This document shows positions 1 to 12,599 of a DNA stretch of 64,000 nucleotides, one piece after another (position 1 is the stretch's first letter; each line of letters starts with the position of its first letter). Origin of the DNA: the human T2T-CHM13v2.0 reference genome, Homo sapiens; the NCBI RefSeq assembly GCF_009914755.1, contig NC_060926.1, one strand, 5' to 3'. The notes below the pieces were generated by a model, which was not told the origin of the DNA, did no database searches, and was given only the letters and a program-made list of their open reading frames with translations. The translations under genes were made by a program, and so were the position numbers.

Positions 1-90
1 GAGTTTGAGAAACGTAGTTTTTAGGCCTCCAGCCCCTGTAATAATTGGAAGAGCTTGGAAGAATCATAAATAAAACCTCAGTGAATAAAA

Positions 91-153
91 AACTTTTGTT
101 CTACTCTTTCCCCTCTTCTCGCTACTGCACTTAACTAGTCTTAAAAAAAAAAA
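91..153 (+). pseudogene. 5'-truncated Y1 RNA (RNY1-derived) retrocopy with A11 tail
   Basis: ttgttctactctttcccctcttctcgctactgcacttaactagtctt matches the 3' half of hY1 RNA as recalled (TTGTTCTACTCTTTCCCCCCTTCTCACTACTGCACTTGACTAGTCTTT); followed by A run 143-153. Confidence 0.85.
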
Positions 154-156
154 GGG

Positions 157-310
157 GTAGGGTCCAAAGGTAGTGAGTTAAGGCAATTGATTGTTCATAG
201 TCAGTTACAGATTTAACTCCTTGTTCTACTCTTTCCTTTCTTCTCACTACTACGCATGACTAGTTTTAAATATATATATATATATAAAATAAATAAAGTA
301 AAATAAAAAC
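157..310 (+). pseudogene. Near full-length Y1 RNA pseudogene (body ~157-267) with degenerate (TA)n/A-rich tail
   Basis: ggtccaaaggtagtgagttaaggcaattgattgttcatagtcagttacagatttaactccttgttctactc...gactagtttt aligns end to end with recalled hY1 (GGCTGGTCCGAAGGTAGTGAGTTATCTCAATTGATTGTTCACAGTCAGTTACAGATCGAACTCCTTG...). Confidence 0.9.
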
Positions 311-1905
311 AAATTGATAGGATGAAATCTCATTGACCTGAATAACAACAACATCAACAAGATTTATTCCTTCATCAGACACAGCAAAGGCACACATTTT
401 AGCTGTGATGGCAACAGCAGGTGGTGTGGAGACTCCTACCTGTTGACTCTGTGAAGTGATACCCAGAACCAGCACTGTGATTCAGTAGCAAAGCCACGTT
501 CTCCTGGAAGTCCATAAGGCACCATCAGCCTTCCTGGTTCTCAGGCCTTTGGACTGGGAGATGTTCACTGTTTCTATGTATGTCAGTGACATTTGAACAG
601 ATTCAGCTATACCATTTCCCTGACACCAAAGTGAAAATTAACCAAGTATAAAAAAAGAAGTGGAAAATTTAAGCCAGACCAGGGAGAAGATTTTGCATAC
701 ACTAAAAGGTGGAACAAGCTCCTGGTTCTTAGGAAATTAATAAATAGCTCACTTCTGTCAAAGCAGTCAGCAAAACAACTAAAAGAACTCTGTAGCATGG
801 AGAGTATATGGTATATGGTCAACAAATCCACATACCAATTACTACACGTAGACAAAAGGTGTTTACCACAGTTAATAAATTCAATTCATGATGAGATTGT
901 GGATGTATAAAGCTCCGTAAGTGTTTATTAATCAGGCAATACATTGGTATTTTAATGTGGCATAATGTCAACAATAAAACACATTGTAAAAGCTCTAAAT
1001 ATTCAAGCCCCTAGAACATGTAGGTAACATATGCAAATTAGAAATCAGAGTGTGTCTGATTGTCCTGTTGGTCTCCTGTTACCACTTCACTGTTCATGAA
1101 GGCTCTCCTTCACTGCATGCTGACCACAGAGGTTAGTGATAAGGAGGGTTTTATGGCATGCAAACAAAGCTGTTAATTTCACCTAATAGAATGGTTACAA
1201 CTATGAATTAGCCTAATGATGCAGGGGAAATCATCTCTACAATGGCGCAGATAGGAAAATGTTTGGAGATCTGCAGAAATTCCTATTACAGTTAAAGTAA
1301 GGAAGAAAGAAGCATCTCATTAACTTCCTAAAATGACCCTTCAAGAAAGGTATCCTAATTGTCTAGATAGTTAACCTGGGGCACAGAGAAGGAAACAGAA
1401 ATGCCCAAGGACTAGGAGACCTGGGTTTGAATCCAAGTGTGCCTGACTCAAACCTGCTCCACCAGTTCATGTTGCCCCTCAGCATTATTAGTAATAGAAA
1501 GGGCATTATTAGCAATAAAAAGAAGCCTGTTATTAGCAATGAGAAAGCACTATGCACGAAAATTATAAACTAGTATTCTGTTAATTATTCTTCTGAGTAG
1601 ATAAGTATTTGTTATTTAAGTAAGACTACATACCTTATTAAAGTTTCCAGTAAACATATTGACTCCCCTTGAGAGAAGCTGCTGCAAATGTCAAGATGGG
1701 TAAAATTTAAACACACATAAGGAAATTCAGATACAGGATTGTTTGCTAACAGACACTAATTATACTAAAAAAGGCAAGAAGATTTGGAGACCAAACATAT
1801 GACTAAATTAGATGATACAGATGCCGCTGCAGTCTCTTCCACTGCATTCTAGATTCTAGGCGGAGGACTGTTGATTTCTTTTTGGATTGAATGTTGAGAC
1901 TCTTC

Positions 1906-2263
1906 TGATATGGTTTGGCTTGTGTCCCCACCCAAATCTTGAATTGTAGCTCCCAAAATTCTCACGTGTTGTGAGAGGGACCCGGTGGGAGATAATCGAG
2001 TCATGGAGGTGGTTCCCCCGTACTGTTCTCGTGATAGTGAATAAGTCTCAGGAGATCTGATGGTTTTATAAGGTGAAATCCCTTTCACTTGGTTCTCATT
2101 CTCTTTCGTCTGCCACCAGGAAAGATGTGGCTTTCATCTTCCACCATGATTATGAAGCCTCCCCAGCCATGTGGAACTGTAAGTCCATTAAACCTCTTTT
2201 TCTTTATAAATTAACCTAGTTTCCGGTATGTCTTTATCAGCCGTGTGAAAATGGACTAATACA
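1906..2263 (+). mobile_element. THE1 (ERVL-MaLR, THE1B/C-like) solo LTR
   Basis: Begins tgatatggtttggct, ends ggactaataca; ATTAAA polyA signal; 5-bp TSD tcttc (1901-1905)/tcctc (2264-2268). Confidence 0.9.
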
Positions 2264-2559
2264 TCCTCCAAATGAACAACATTGTTAACTGGACTTTCTT
2301 GTTTTAAATGGAGTGGTTGAAAATGCAAATACTTCCGGGGGCAAGCTGGCAATAAAATAAGTGATGGGGCAAGATATAAAATAATACGAAGTGGTGAGAA
2401 CTGTGCAAAAGCCCACAGTAACGCCTTGCCCAAAGAGAGCAGCAGATGATCAGCTTGAGAGATTCTTCACAGTGAATGTTGGCCCAGGGATGTCAGATCT
2501 TCCAGCTTTTTAAGGTGAAGATAGAGATCTATATTTTACATAAAATCATCTGATATTTT

Positions 2560-3398
2560 ATTTTCCACTTCTTTATTTTTTCAAATTGACAACAATTCTA
2601 TATATTTATGGCATACAGCAGGATGTTTCGAAACGTGTTTATGATGTGGAATGACTAAATCAAGCTAATGAACATATGTATTACCTCACATACTAATTTC
2701 TGTGTGGCAAGAACACTTAAAATCTGCTTTTTTTTTTTTTTTTTTTTGAGACAGAGTCTTGCTCTGTCGCCCAGGCTAGGGTGCAGTGGCGTGATCTCAG
2801 CTCACTGCAACCTCCGCCTCCCGGGTTCAAGCATAAAATCTGCTTTCGTATTAACTCCAGTCACCATGATGTACAATAGATCTCTTGACCATATTCCTTC
2901 TGTCTAGCTGAAATTTCGTATCTTTTGACCAACACCTCTCCCAACACCCTCAGGCTCTAGTAACCACCATTTTACTCTCTGCCTATATGAGTTCAACTTT
3001 TTCAGATTCCACATATAAAAGAGATCATTAAGTATTTGTCTTTCTGTGTCTGGCTTATTTCACTTAATGTCCTCTAGATTCATTTATGCTGTCACAAATG
3101 ACAGGATTTTCTTCTTAAGGCTGACATACTTCATTTTGTGTTACATACCACATTTTTTACCCATTCATACATAATAAAGACTTGGGTTGATTCCATATCT
3201 TGGTGGTTGTGAATAATGCTGCAATGAACATGGAGGTGCAGATATCTCTTTGATACATCAATTTCATTTCCTTTGGATATATTGGTATATACCCATTCCT
3301 GGGATTGCTGGATCATATACGGTTGTTCTAGTTTAGTTTTTTTGAGGAACCTCCATACTATTTTCCATAATGGCTGTACTAATTTACCTTCCCTCCTA
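2560..3398 (-). mobile_element. L1MA-type 3' end fragment, 5'-truncated, with TSD
   Basis: Typical L1MA 3'UTR/ORF2-end sequence (gagatcattaagtatttgtctttctgtgtctggcttatttcac...); TSD aaatcatctgat at 2543-2554 and 3401-3412. Confidence 0.8.
2731..2833 (-). mobile_element. Severely 5'-truncated Alu (last ~86 nt plus tail)
   Basis: Poly-T then gagacagagtcttgctctgtcgcccaggct...gggttcaagca; perfect 13-bp TSD taaaatctgcttt at 2718-2730 and 2834-2846. Confidence 0.9.
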
Positions 3399-4844
3399 TG
3401 AAATCATCTGATTTTTAAAGACTGGCAATTAATTCCATTTTTTAAGATGACAGTGTGGGCCAGCCTCTTTAGATGTTGGTTCCTGTGTATTAATAGTTCT
3501 CACATTTGTCTACAGACTCTGCTGAATTAATGCTGATGTCTCATCCAAAGCCATGGTATAGTCTGCAGGTCATTTTGGTTCTGAGAATCTATATTGGCAG
3601 GCATGATGGTCGGGGCCTTTGTACAAAGTAGGCACTGCAGGCCTATGTGCACAGGCCACTTACAAGATTGATCATCTGCCCACTGCAGACAGACGTTTTA
3701 GTTGGATAGACCTTGATTAACCTGCCCATGGATGTTGGAGAACCCTGAGATCCAGAGGGGTTATAGCACATGTCCAGCATCTCACACTGCTCCCCTCCCT
3801 ACCCTGGGCCCTTCTCACCACCACAAGATGACTTAGTAGATTACTTGGTTGGAAACAAAAAAAAAATGAAAATAATTCTGTTGTTTATCAGGCGAGTTTG
3901 GCAGAGATATTGTTAACTTTGAAAGAAAGATATGCTTGAGATACCTGGTGGCTCACAGCCACCTTTAAATGATTGTAATCTCTCAGTATAATTACAATCT
4001 CTTTTGTGTAAGCATCTTAGAAACCTGCTTCTCTCACTAACCAAGCCTGACCAGTTAGGACAGTTTTAAAAGAACAATAAATCCTTTAAATCACTAAAGC
4101 AATACATGTATGTGAAAAATTCAAGCAAATGCCACGTAGAGTCAAAATTAAAAGTCTCCCTTGGCTCCTGTTCCATACCTCTTCCCACAGGTAGCTGGTG
4201 TCAGCCAATGAGTGTTTTTCCCTTTTCCTATTCTTTTGCATGTGTGCACACACACATATACACATACACACAAAAATGTGTATTTTAATATTTTAGACAT
4301 AAATAGACGTAAATAGCAACATGCTGTATATGTGCTGCATTATTCTGGGACTTGCTTTGTTTATTAGACAATGTGTTTTGAGTGTAACTATCTGTGAAGT
4401 TTTCCAATCAACTTTTAGGTTTTAGGAAGTTGAATATGTGCATAAAGTACAACCAAAAGTTGTACTTTATAGATTTATAGATTTGGAAGCTTATCCAGAG
4501 CTACATGAGGCTTTAAAATTTTTTGATAACTAAGTGCCACAGCTGTACCCATATCCATATAATAAACATGGTCTTGGAAAGTACTGTTTACTGAATTTGC
4601 AAATTGAATGATGTTATAAAAATGTCCAGAAAGCTGACTATTGGGAAGGATCCTACAGTGATTTCTTTTTTTAAAAAAAATTTTATGTATTTATTTTGAG
4701 ATTTAAAAAATATCAGATTCACATTTATTCATACTAAAGATTTAATGAATGGGCCATACTTTCTATTTTTGGCAATCTCAATAATATGCCTTTTGGAACT
4801 GAAGGCAAAATATGCCTTTTTGCAGAAATGCCATATTATTTGAG

Positions 4845-5305
4845 TTTTTCTTTTTTTTAACTTTTAGTTTCAGGGGTGCAGGTGCAGTTTTGTTATATAG
4901 GTAAATTGCATGTCATGGGGATTTGGCGTACGGATAATTTCATCACCCAGGTAATAAGCGTAGTACTCAATAGATATTTTTTTTTTCTGATTCTCTCCCT
5001 CCTCTTATCCTCCACCAAGTAGGCCCCAGTGCCTGTCATTCCCCTCCTTGCATCCACATTTTCTTCATTTACTCCCACTTGTCCTTTTTTTTTTTTTTTT
5101 TTGAGAGACAGGGTCTATTTGCCCAGGCTGGACTCAAACTCCTAGGCTTCAAGCAATCCTCCTGCCTTAGCCTTCCAAGTAGCTGGGCCCACAGGTATGA
5201 ACCCCCCACACCTAGCTCAATCTTTTCACTGTTGATTGTTTTGCTATGCAGCAACTTTTTAGTTTGATGTAGTCTCACTGGTTTATTTCTGTTTTTGTTG
5301 CCTAT
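4845..5305 (-). mobile_element. Old L1PA/PB 3' fragments interrupted by an Alu monomer (FLAM-like, ~5084-5217)
   Basis: L1 3' UTR (ttttgttatataggtaaattgcatgtcatgggg...), Alu left-monomer sequence, then an L1 ORF2 piece (tcttttcactgttgattgttttgctatgcag). Confidence 0.7.
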
Positions 5306-7464
5306 TTAACTGTTTTTGTTTAAAGTGAGGTTTTAAGCTGAAATTTCTCTCAGCCTGAGAGTTTTAAAAAGGAGAATTTCGGTTTGATGATTTATTGAAC
5401 ATGTCCAAATAGAAAAAAAGACATTTTTCATGAAAGAGAAGAAAGGGATTCACCCTCAACAGCAGAAGATGAGTGCCATGGTTTATATTTCAAAATTCTG
5501 GTGACCTGGATAGTCCATGGAGCTGAGGCTTTGACCAATTCGTTAACAAATGATAATGCCTCTAATCTGATAAAGCTATTAATCCTCAAGTATTTACGTA
5601 ACACAGATGCAAAGATATGAATTAGTGTTTTTTTAAAAAAACTGTCAGTTACCAAATTCATATACAGGAGTTTGCAAATTTTGAAAGGGCTGTGTGTCAA
5701 AAGTTTGCTTGGCTTTCAAAACGCATTGCCCAAATAAAGTGGCTAGATTTCCAGCAAAGTCCAGGAGGCAATCTGATGTATACACGAGGTGAAATAGTAT
5801 CAGTAGATCACTGAGTTCCAGAATCTCTTAGGAGCCCCAGATCCTGCAGCCCTCTACAACATTCCAAGGCCCTGACATGGGTAGGAATTGGTAGTTTCCA
5901 TGGCAGTAGCAAGCAGACTCTGCAGAGAGGTGGGTGGGGCTTTGGTGATCTAGTGACTGTGAAGCGAAGGTAGGAAGCAGCTCAGGTTTCAGTCCTAGAG
6001 CCTCTCTTTCCATTTCTGCCAGTTTCTGGCTGTCTAGCCCTCTTCAAACAACAAATAACAGAAATAAGGAATTTGTTGACAAGTGAGTTGTCTGGAGAGC
6101 TACGGGTGACAGTGGAGGGTTTTTCTCCCTTTCCATGGCAACTCTCATCATCTTGGAAAAGCTTGATTCAATCCTGTACACATCTTCAGCTCATGAGTGA
6201 GAACTATCAGTAGAGTCACTACAAGAAGCCAGATCTGGTCTGGTCTGCGTACCTGCTTAAAAACTCCCAGTCTCCATGGGCTGGATTTTGCCTGGGTTCT
6301 GAGGCCTCATGTTAGAGTTATCATCCTGCTTTTATAGTACCTACATTTCAGGTGAAAGAAACTCATGATACAGATGATGAATTAAACATTCAGCCTCTGA
6401 ATACAATATGATTTAGTGAACAACATGCACATCTAGAAAGCACATTGGGTTTCGGGTCTAAAGATCAGTATCTGCAGCCAGAAGTTGCAAGTGTGAATAT
6501 TGGTTCTCCCTTTAGTTGAAAAGGCCTTTAGAATTCATGTAACCTCTTTGAGTCTCAGGCTCAATTGGGGGTGGGGAGTATCAGTCCCACCTACCTCATG
6601 AGGTTGGTGTGAAGATTTGTACACATAAGAGGGTAAATGTATGAAAATGCTTTGGAAACTAAAGCTCTATGTGAAACTTGCTCTCATTCAGGTCTCCAAG
6701 GGTCTAATATTACCTACCCAGACAGGTCTAATAGGTGAATTTTGGGTTCCCTGAGCTACCCAAAAGCAGGAAAAACCTTACAGTGGCTGGAACCAGGCAC
6801 CAGAGAGCTATCTTTCAGGGGCTGTTTGCTCACCTTGGACTTATCCATATGGCTGCTTTATTTTTCTCTCATTTCCACATGACAGAGTTATCTGCTCCAC
6901 AGTGCGGTCTCCAGTTTTTAAATTTTCTTCTCTTTAGTGCAGCAGATACTGATTGGGATCTCTGAATCCAAATTCCCAAAGAGGGAGCATGTGATGAGCC
7001 CAGATTTGGCCAGGTGTCCAGCCCAGGGCCAATTAGTTCTGGCCAGGGCCTGGGTCATCTGGCTCAAACATGGTGGCCAATCTCCTCTCCCCATTCCTTC
7101 CTCCTCCCATGGGTAGATTATGGGTAGAAGAGGAAAGAAGTTCTCTCATAAAAGCATTGTGAGATGGTAGATGGTGGGCCTCACAAAATGTATCTAATAC
7201 ATTTTGTAGCTTGGGGAGAAATCACTCCACATCTCCAAGCCTCAGTTTTCTTTTCCATAAAATGGAGATTAAAACCACTTTTGCACCAGGAATGTTGTAG
7301 AATTTAAATGTAATAATTTGAAAATGAGTCATGAACTCCAAGAGCTCTAAAAAATGTGATGTCTTACTCTTAGCCAGAGCAACTAAGTATTTATTTAGCG
7401 CTTATTACTCATGAAGAATACTTTTCAATACAAAAGTGAAAAGTAGAGATAAATCCAAGGAATA

Positions 7465-7637
7465 GAGTGTAGTTTAGTAATGAAGATCACTGGTTTTGGA
7501 GTCAAACAGATTTGGGTTCAATTGTCCTTGTAACCACTTACCAGTTGGGTGGCTTTGGCCAAGTTTTCTATCTCTGAGCCTCAGTTTCCTCACCTGTAAA
7601 GTGAGAGTATTAGTCTTAATTACAGCCTCTATAGCCT
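7465..7637 (+). mobile_element. MIR, 3'-truncated at the L1 junction
   Basis: ggagtcaaacagatttgggttcaa...tctctgagcctcagtttcctcacctgtaaagtg MIR core. Confidence 0.8.
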
Positions 7638-7638
7638 C

Positions 7639-8438
7639 TATAGTTTGCTGAGAATGATGGTTTCCAGCTTCATCCATGTCCCTACAAAGGACGTGAACTC
7701 ATCCTTTTTTATGGCTGCATAGTATTCCATGGTGTATATGTGCCACATTTTCTTAATCCAGTCTATCACTGTTGGACATTTGGCTTGGTTCCAAGTCTTT
7801 GCTATTGTGAATAGTGCCACAATAAACATACATGTGCATGTGTCTTTATAGCAGCACGATTTATAATCCTTTGGGTATATACCCAGTAATGGGATTGCTG
7901 GGTCAAATGGTATTTCTACTTCTAGATCCCTGAGGAGTCGCCACACTGACTTCCAGAATGGTTGAACTAGTTTACAGTCCCACCAACAGTGTAAAAGTGT
8001 TCCTATTTCTCCACATCCTCTCCAGCACCTGTTGTTTCCTGACTTTTTAATGATCACCATTCTAACTGGCGTGAGATGGTATCTCATTGCGGTTTTGATT
8101 TGCATTTCTCTGATGGCCAGTGATGATGAGCAGTTTTTCATGTGTCTGTTGGCTGCATAAATGTCTTCTTTTGAGAAGTGTCTGTTCATATCCTTCGCCC
8201 ACTTTCTGATGGGATTTTTTGTTTTTTTCTTGTAAATTTGTTGGAGTTCTTTGTAGATTGTGGATATTAGCCCTTTGTCAGATGAGTAGATTGCAAAAAT
8301 TTTCTCCCATTCTGTAGGTTGCCTGTTCACTGTGATGGTAGTTTCTTTTGCTGTGCAGAAGCTCTTTAGTTTAATTAGATCCCATTTGTCAATTTTGGCT
8401 TTTGTTGCCATTGCTTTTGGTGTTTTAGACATGAAGTT
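7639..8438 (-). mobile_element. Young L1PA ORF2 C-terminal fragment lacking 3' UTR and poly(A)
   Basis: ORF 7638-8432 ([31 protein letters not shown]...[10 protein letters not shown]...[12 protein letters not shown]) is L1 ORF2p C-terminal cysteine-rich region, close to recalled L1PA consensus. Confidence 0.95.
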
Positions 8439-8439
8439 C

Positions 8440-11374
8440 TCAAAGCTTATTTAGAGGTCACATATAAAACAAGGTAAAAGGAACGAGGAAATAAGAAAGA
8501 TGTAAAGAAAGTTATAAAAGTAAAGACTTTTTTTTTTTTTTGGTAGGAAAGCTTAAAGAGAAATAATTTCATACAAGAAAGACTCTTGTATGGTAAATTA
8601 ATACCAAAGTAAAATGACTGGTTGTTGAAGACAGAGAGATGCTCAAGACAAACCAGAAAGTCTAAGCATGTCATGAACAGTCTATGTATGTCACAAGAGG
8701 ATTTATTTTTAAAAAACTTTTATATAATCAAGTTGTCATATTATTATTAAGTTTTGGTTTGCTTAGGAAAAAAATCTGAGAATAAATTTTTTTATTAAGG
8801 TTATTATATCTGCATAGCTCTCTGTATGCCCTTTCAAAGGGCTTGTGACATTGAGTTACAGGGCTTTGACTCCTGGGCCTGAAAAGTACACCAAGCCCTG
8901 CTAAATTTTAAACACTTACAGCAATTAAAGCCCCATCTTCAGGCCCTGTAGAAAATGCCATCAAAATAAACTGCATTCTTGAGACACAGGGCCAGAAATT
9001 AAAGCTATTCAACTCCTCAAGGCCCAGGGACTATCATGGAAGAGGTGAGCATGTGAGATTGTAAGGGCCAATTTTGAGAGATAAAATAAGTTCAGTTTCT
9101 CTATAAATTAATCATCAATGTCAAAAGCATACTAATGTAAGACCAGCATCTGGGCCCCTGTGTCAGAGTAACAGTTTTCTTGAAGCATTAATTGACTGCT
9201 TAATAAAGGTTATAAAAGTTATAAAAGGCTTATGGAAGTTATATCTTATGGTTAAGATTAAAATTTTATAGATTGTTTATATAATTTTGAAAAACAAATT
9301 TAATTGGCTTCATGCTGTTTTTATTAGGGCTTATTGTTTGGGAAATTAAGTCTCCTCTCTCAAAGAGTGAAGGTTTTCACCTTTTTTCAGAATTCTTGAG
9401 TTATCACTTCGGTTAAATGAAATGTACAATGACCTGTGATGCTATTTTGTGATATCAAGTGTTTTACACCTTTGATATTTGACAAACTTTCCAAATCAAA
9501 TTATAAATTATGTCTTTTTCTGACCTAATTAATTCTTTAGGATATGATGTTCCCTATAGTTCAAAAATGACATATTTGGCTTATTTGGTATGAAATTATA
9601 CAGGAAACATTGTCAAATATAAAATGGTGCTTAGTTTTCTTTGGGCTGTGCTTGTGTAAATATGTCATTGGTATGTATTCCAAAATTATGGAAAACTCCT
9701 ATAATTCTGATATGACTTACTGTACATTATCAGTAATAATTACAATTGTTATGTTAAATTATTGTGTGCCACAGAGGTAACAAATTCCTTTGTCAATTGT
9801 TTCTTTGACTATGGCTGCCCTAAAACTTTTTGTCATCCATGGACAATTGTTCTTTGGTTTTTGTCCTCTTTAGAAGGTGGTTTTATAATCAGCTATGAAA
9901 CTCTAATGGGTACTCTTGAATGCAGGTTTCTAATAACTTTGGAGATTGTGATATCAGAATAGAGAAAAAACTTTCAGGGCTCATGGAGATCTGAAATGTT
10001 CATGAATATCAAGGAGAAGTAATATTTTTAACTTTTTGCTTAAAAAGTTGCTGATCCTTTGTTTCGTTTTTCAGGGTCAAGAAAAGTTTTAAACTATTTA
10101 CATTAAAGCTTTTAACAATTGAGTAAAGTGTACTCCTATGAACAAAATTTGGATCATATTTGCTTTCTTTCTACCTGATTTCTCCAGAATTCGGAAACTA
10201 TTTGTGAGTTTCCAAATAGTTTGGAAAGAATAGTTTCCAAAGAATAGTTTGGAAACTACTCTTAACTTATGGCAATAAAGTTATGTGTATAAGTGCAGTA
10301 AGAATCTGTTTTCATTTATAATAGGACACAATTAGAGCAACTGGTTACCTTACCAACACTTCTACTGGAATGGTGTGTTTTCCTTTGAGGAGTCAAACTT
10401 GACTTATAGAGCCAGTAAAAGTGCCTTTGGAAAACTGGCCTCGTGCTTGTCTACACAGTCCCTGTACAGGGTTCCTGACCTGTGGTAAGTAAAGAATGTC
10501 ACTTTCTGACAGGCTTAGGAGCCCCAAGTTTTATCTTGGAACCTCAAGAGGAGAGGATCACCCAACTCATAAGTATTTGATGGTACAAATCCATGGCTGG
10601 GCTCAGCTTTAAAAATATCTGATTGCCTAAAGTCTTATCTGAGATTCCTTCCATGGAACAAAGTCCTATCAAAGCCAATTTAAAAGCTTATGTAAAAAGT
10701 AATTATTCTTGCTGCACTGTATACAAATAATTAGGCCAAGTATAATAAAGCAAACCAGGCATACCATGATTTGCCTTTAGTAGCAATGAGAAACTGGAGA
10801 GAGAAAAATTAAGTTTCAAAAACTATAGTGGATCTGTTATTAGATTCCAGTCTTTCCTAATGTTTTTCAATTTTTATTATTTTCTACAGTTTGGACTGAA
10901 TTTTAATTTTACTAGGCTACAAGTCTTCAAAATAATGTTTTTAATTTTTTTCCTTCTTTTTTTTTCCTGTTTTTCCTAATTTGGAGTCACTGAAAACTAA
11001 GCTGTGTTTTCATAAAGCCCTGTAATCCAAAGCTAGACAACTTCAACTTCAGAAGAAAGTAACAGCCTATTTGCATACATAAGCCACTTTCATACCTGCC
11101 TACTGATGTATGGACTTCAGAGTAATGTGGCCTATATTGATTTTCCAGGATTGTTCTTTTGTTTGTTGTTTTCTCCTTTTCTCCCCCTACTTTCTCTTCA
11201 TAGGACATGAGACTTCACAACCTTCTTAAAATGAGCTTTCCTAATAACTCAGGACCTACCCCTCTAGGAACAAACCATCCTTGCCCTGAGAGACCAGACA
11301 AAACCTGAGACCAGAGACTCATTTTCTTCTAAAATGCTTTCTCCAAAAGATTTTTAAAAAGAAAATTGGGGAAA
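8440..11374 (+). mobile_element. MER4-group ERV1 internal sequence (non-coding, 5' part missing)
   Basis: AT-rich MER4-int-like sequence ending in purine-rich PPT aaaaagaaaattggggaaa directly before the LTR TG. Confidence 0.75.
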
Positions 11375-11811
11375 TGTGACAGGAAAATACCTTGGGGCCC
11401 CAAAATCACTTGGCTAAAGGGAGGAATCAAGCTGGGAGCTGCTTAGGGCAAACCTGCCTCCCATCCTATTCAAAGTCACCCCTCTGCTGACTGAGATAAA
11501 TGCATATCTGATTGCCTCCTTTGGAGAGTCTAATCAGAAACTCAAAATAATGCAACCATTTATCTCTTATCTACCTATGTCCTGGAAGCACCCTACTCAC
11601 TTCAAGTTGCTTCGCCTTTCCAAACCAAACTAATGTTCGTTTTACATGTTGATTGATGTCTCATGTCTCCCTAAAATGTATAACACCAAACTGTGCTCTG
11701 ATCACCTTGGGCACATGTCATCAGGACCTCCTGAGGCTGTAGCATGTGTCTGCAACCTTGGCAAAATAAACTTGCTAAACTGATACCTGTCTCAAGTTTT
11801 GGGGGTTCACA
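11375..11811 (+). mobile_element. MER4A-type 3' LTR
   Basis: tgtgacaggaaaataccttggggccccaaaatcact...aataaac...ggggttcaca; TG...CA termini; follows PPT. Confidence 0.85.
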
Positions 11812-12132
11812 AGATCAAACTGGATTTGAATAGACCCTAATTCAATGGCTAGTGCCTTAAGAAGAAGAAGGAAAGTTGGATGTGGAGAGCCACACAGGGA
11901 GAATGCCATATGACAACAGAGGAAGATACTGCAGTGGTACCCCTACAGGCCACAGAATGCCAAGGCTTGCTCGCAACCACCAGAAGCTAGGAGAGAGGCA
12001 TGCAGCAACTCTGCCAACACCTTGATTTTGGACTTCCAGCCTCCAGAACTTTGAGGGTTCTGTTAACACATTTCTGTTGTTTTAAGCCACTTGGTATACG
12101 ATAATTTGTAACTATAGTCCAAGAAAACTATA
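11812..12132 (+). mobile_element. MLT1B/C-like LTR, 3' portion only
   Basis: caccagaagctaggagagaggc...gccaacaccttgattttggacttccagcctccagaact...tgttttaagccac motifs. Confidence 0.75.
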
Positions 12133-12599
12133 AAACTTAATTAGCCAATGAAAGTTAACATAATCTGTGTAAATAATTAAGCTCTTGCTGCAATAACCTA
12201 ACTTCTAGTGGTGAATGAGGCAAGCAGTCACCCCATAACTACTTTTCCTGCAGGAGGCTTCTCTACAGCCTTGCTATCAGAGCCACCCACTTAGTCCTGG
12301 GTTGGAGCAGATTTTACAGACCAGGTTTGGTCCCTCTCTCAATCCCCAAAATAGTTCTGTGGCTCTCAAAGATAATCCAGGATAAGCACCAACTCTGGCA
12401 CCTTGGTAAACACTGAACTGGAGCTTCCTGACTTTAATAGGGTGAACATGGCCTTCAAGCTGGGAGATTAGGGAGGTAATATTTTCCCTGCAACTGACTG
12501 GGATAAGTCAACATTCTTACCCAGATCTGTCATCTGGAGATAGGAATAGACCTGGACATTTCTCTCCAGGTGGCCAGCCTCACTGATAATAAGAGACGT

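Larger units (their letters stand above)
2485..3465. mobile_element. MER103-like hAT DNA transposon fossil split by the L1MA insertion
   Basis: Rejoined flanks gtcagatcttccagc...aaatcatctgatttttaaagactggcaattaattc resemble MER103C as recalled. Confidence 0.5.

Noticed and set aside
1482-1548. Three degenerate ~21-nt repeats (ttattagYaatRRaaag)
   Set aside because: Small decayed minisatellite without unique spacers; not CRISPR-like and no function evident.
7638-8432. 264-aa ORF as a host gene
   Set aside because: It is an L1 ORF2p fragment with no promoter or other domains.
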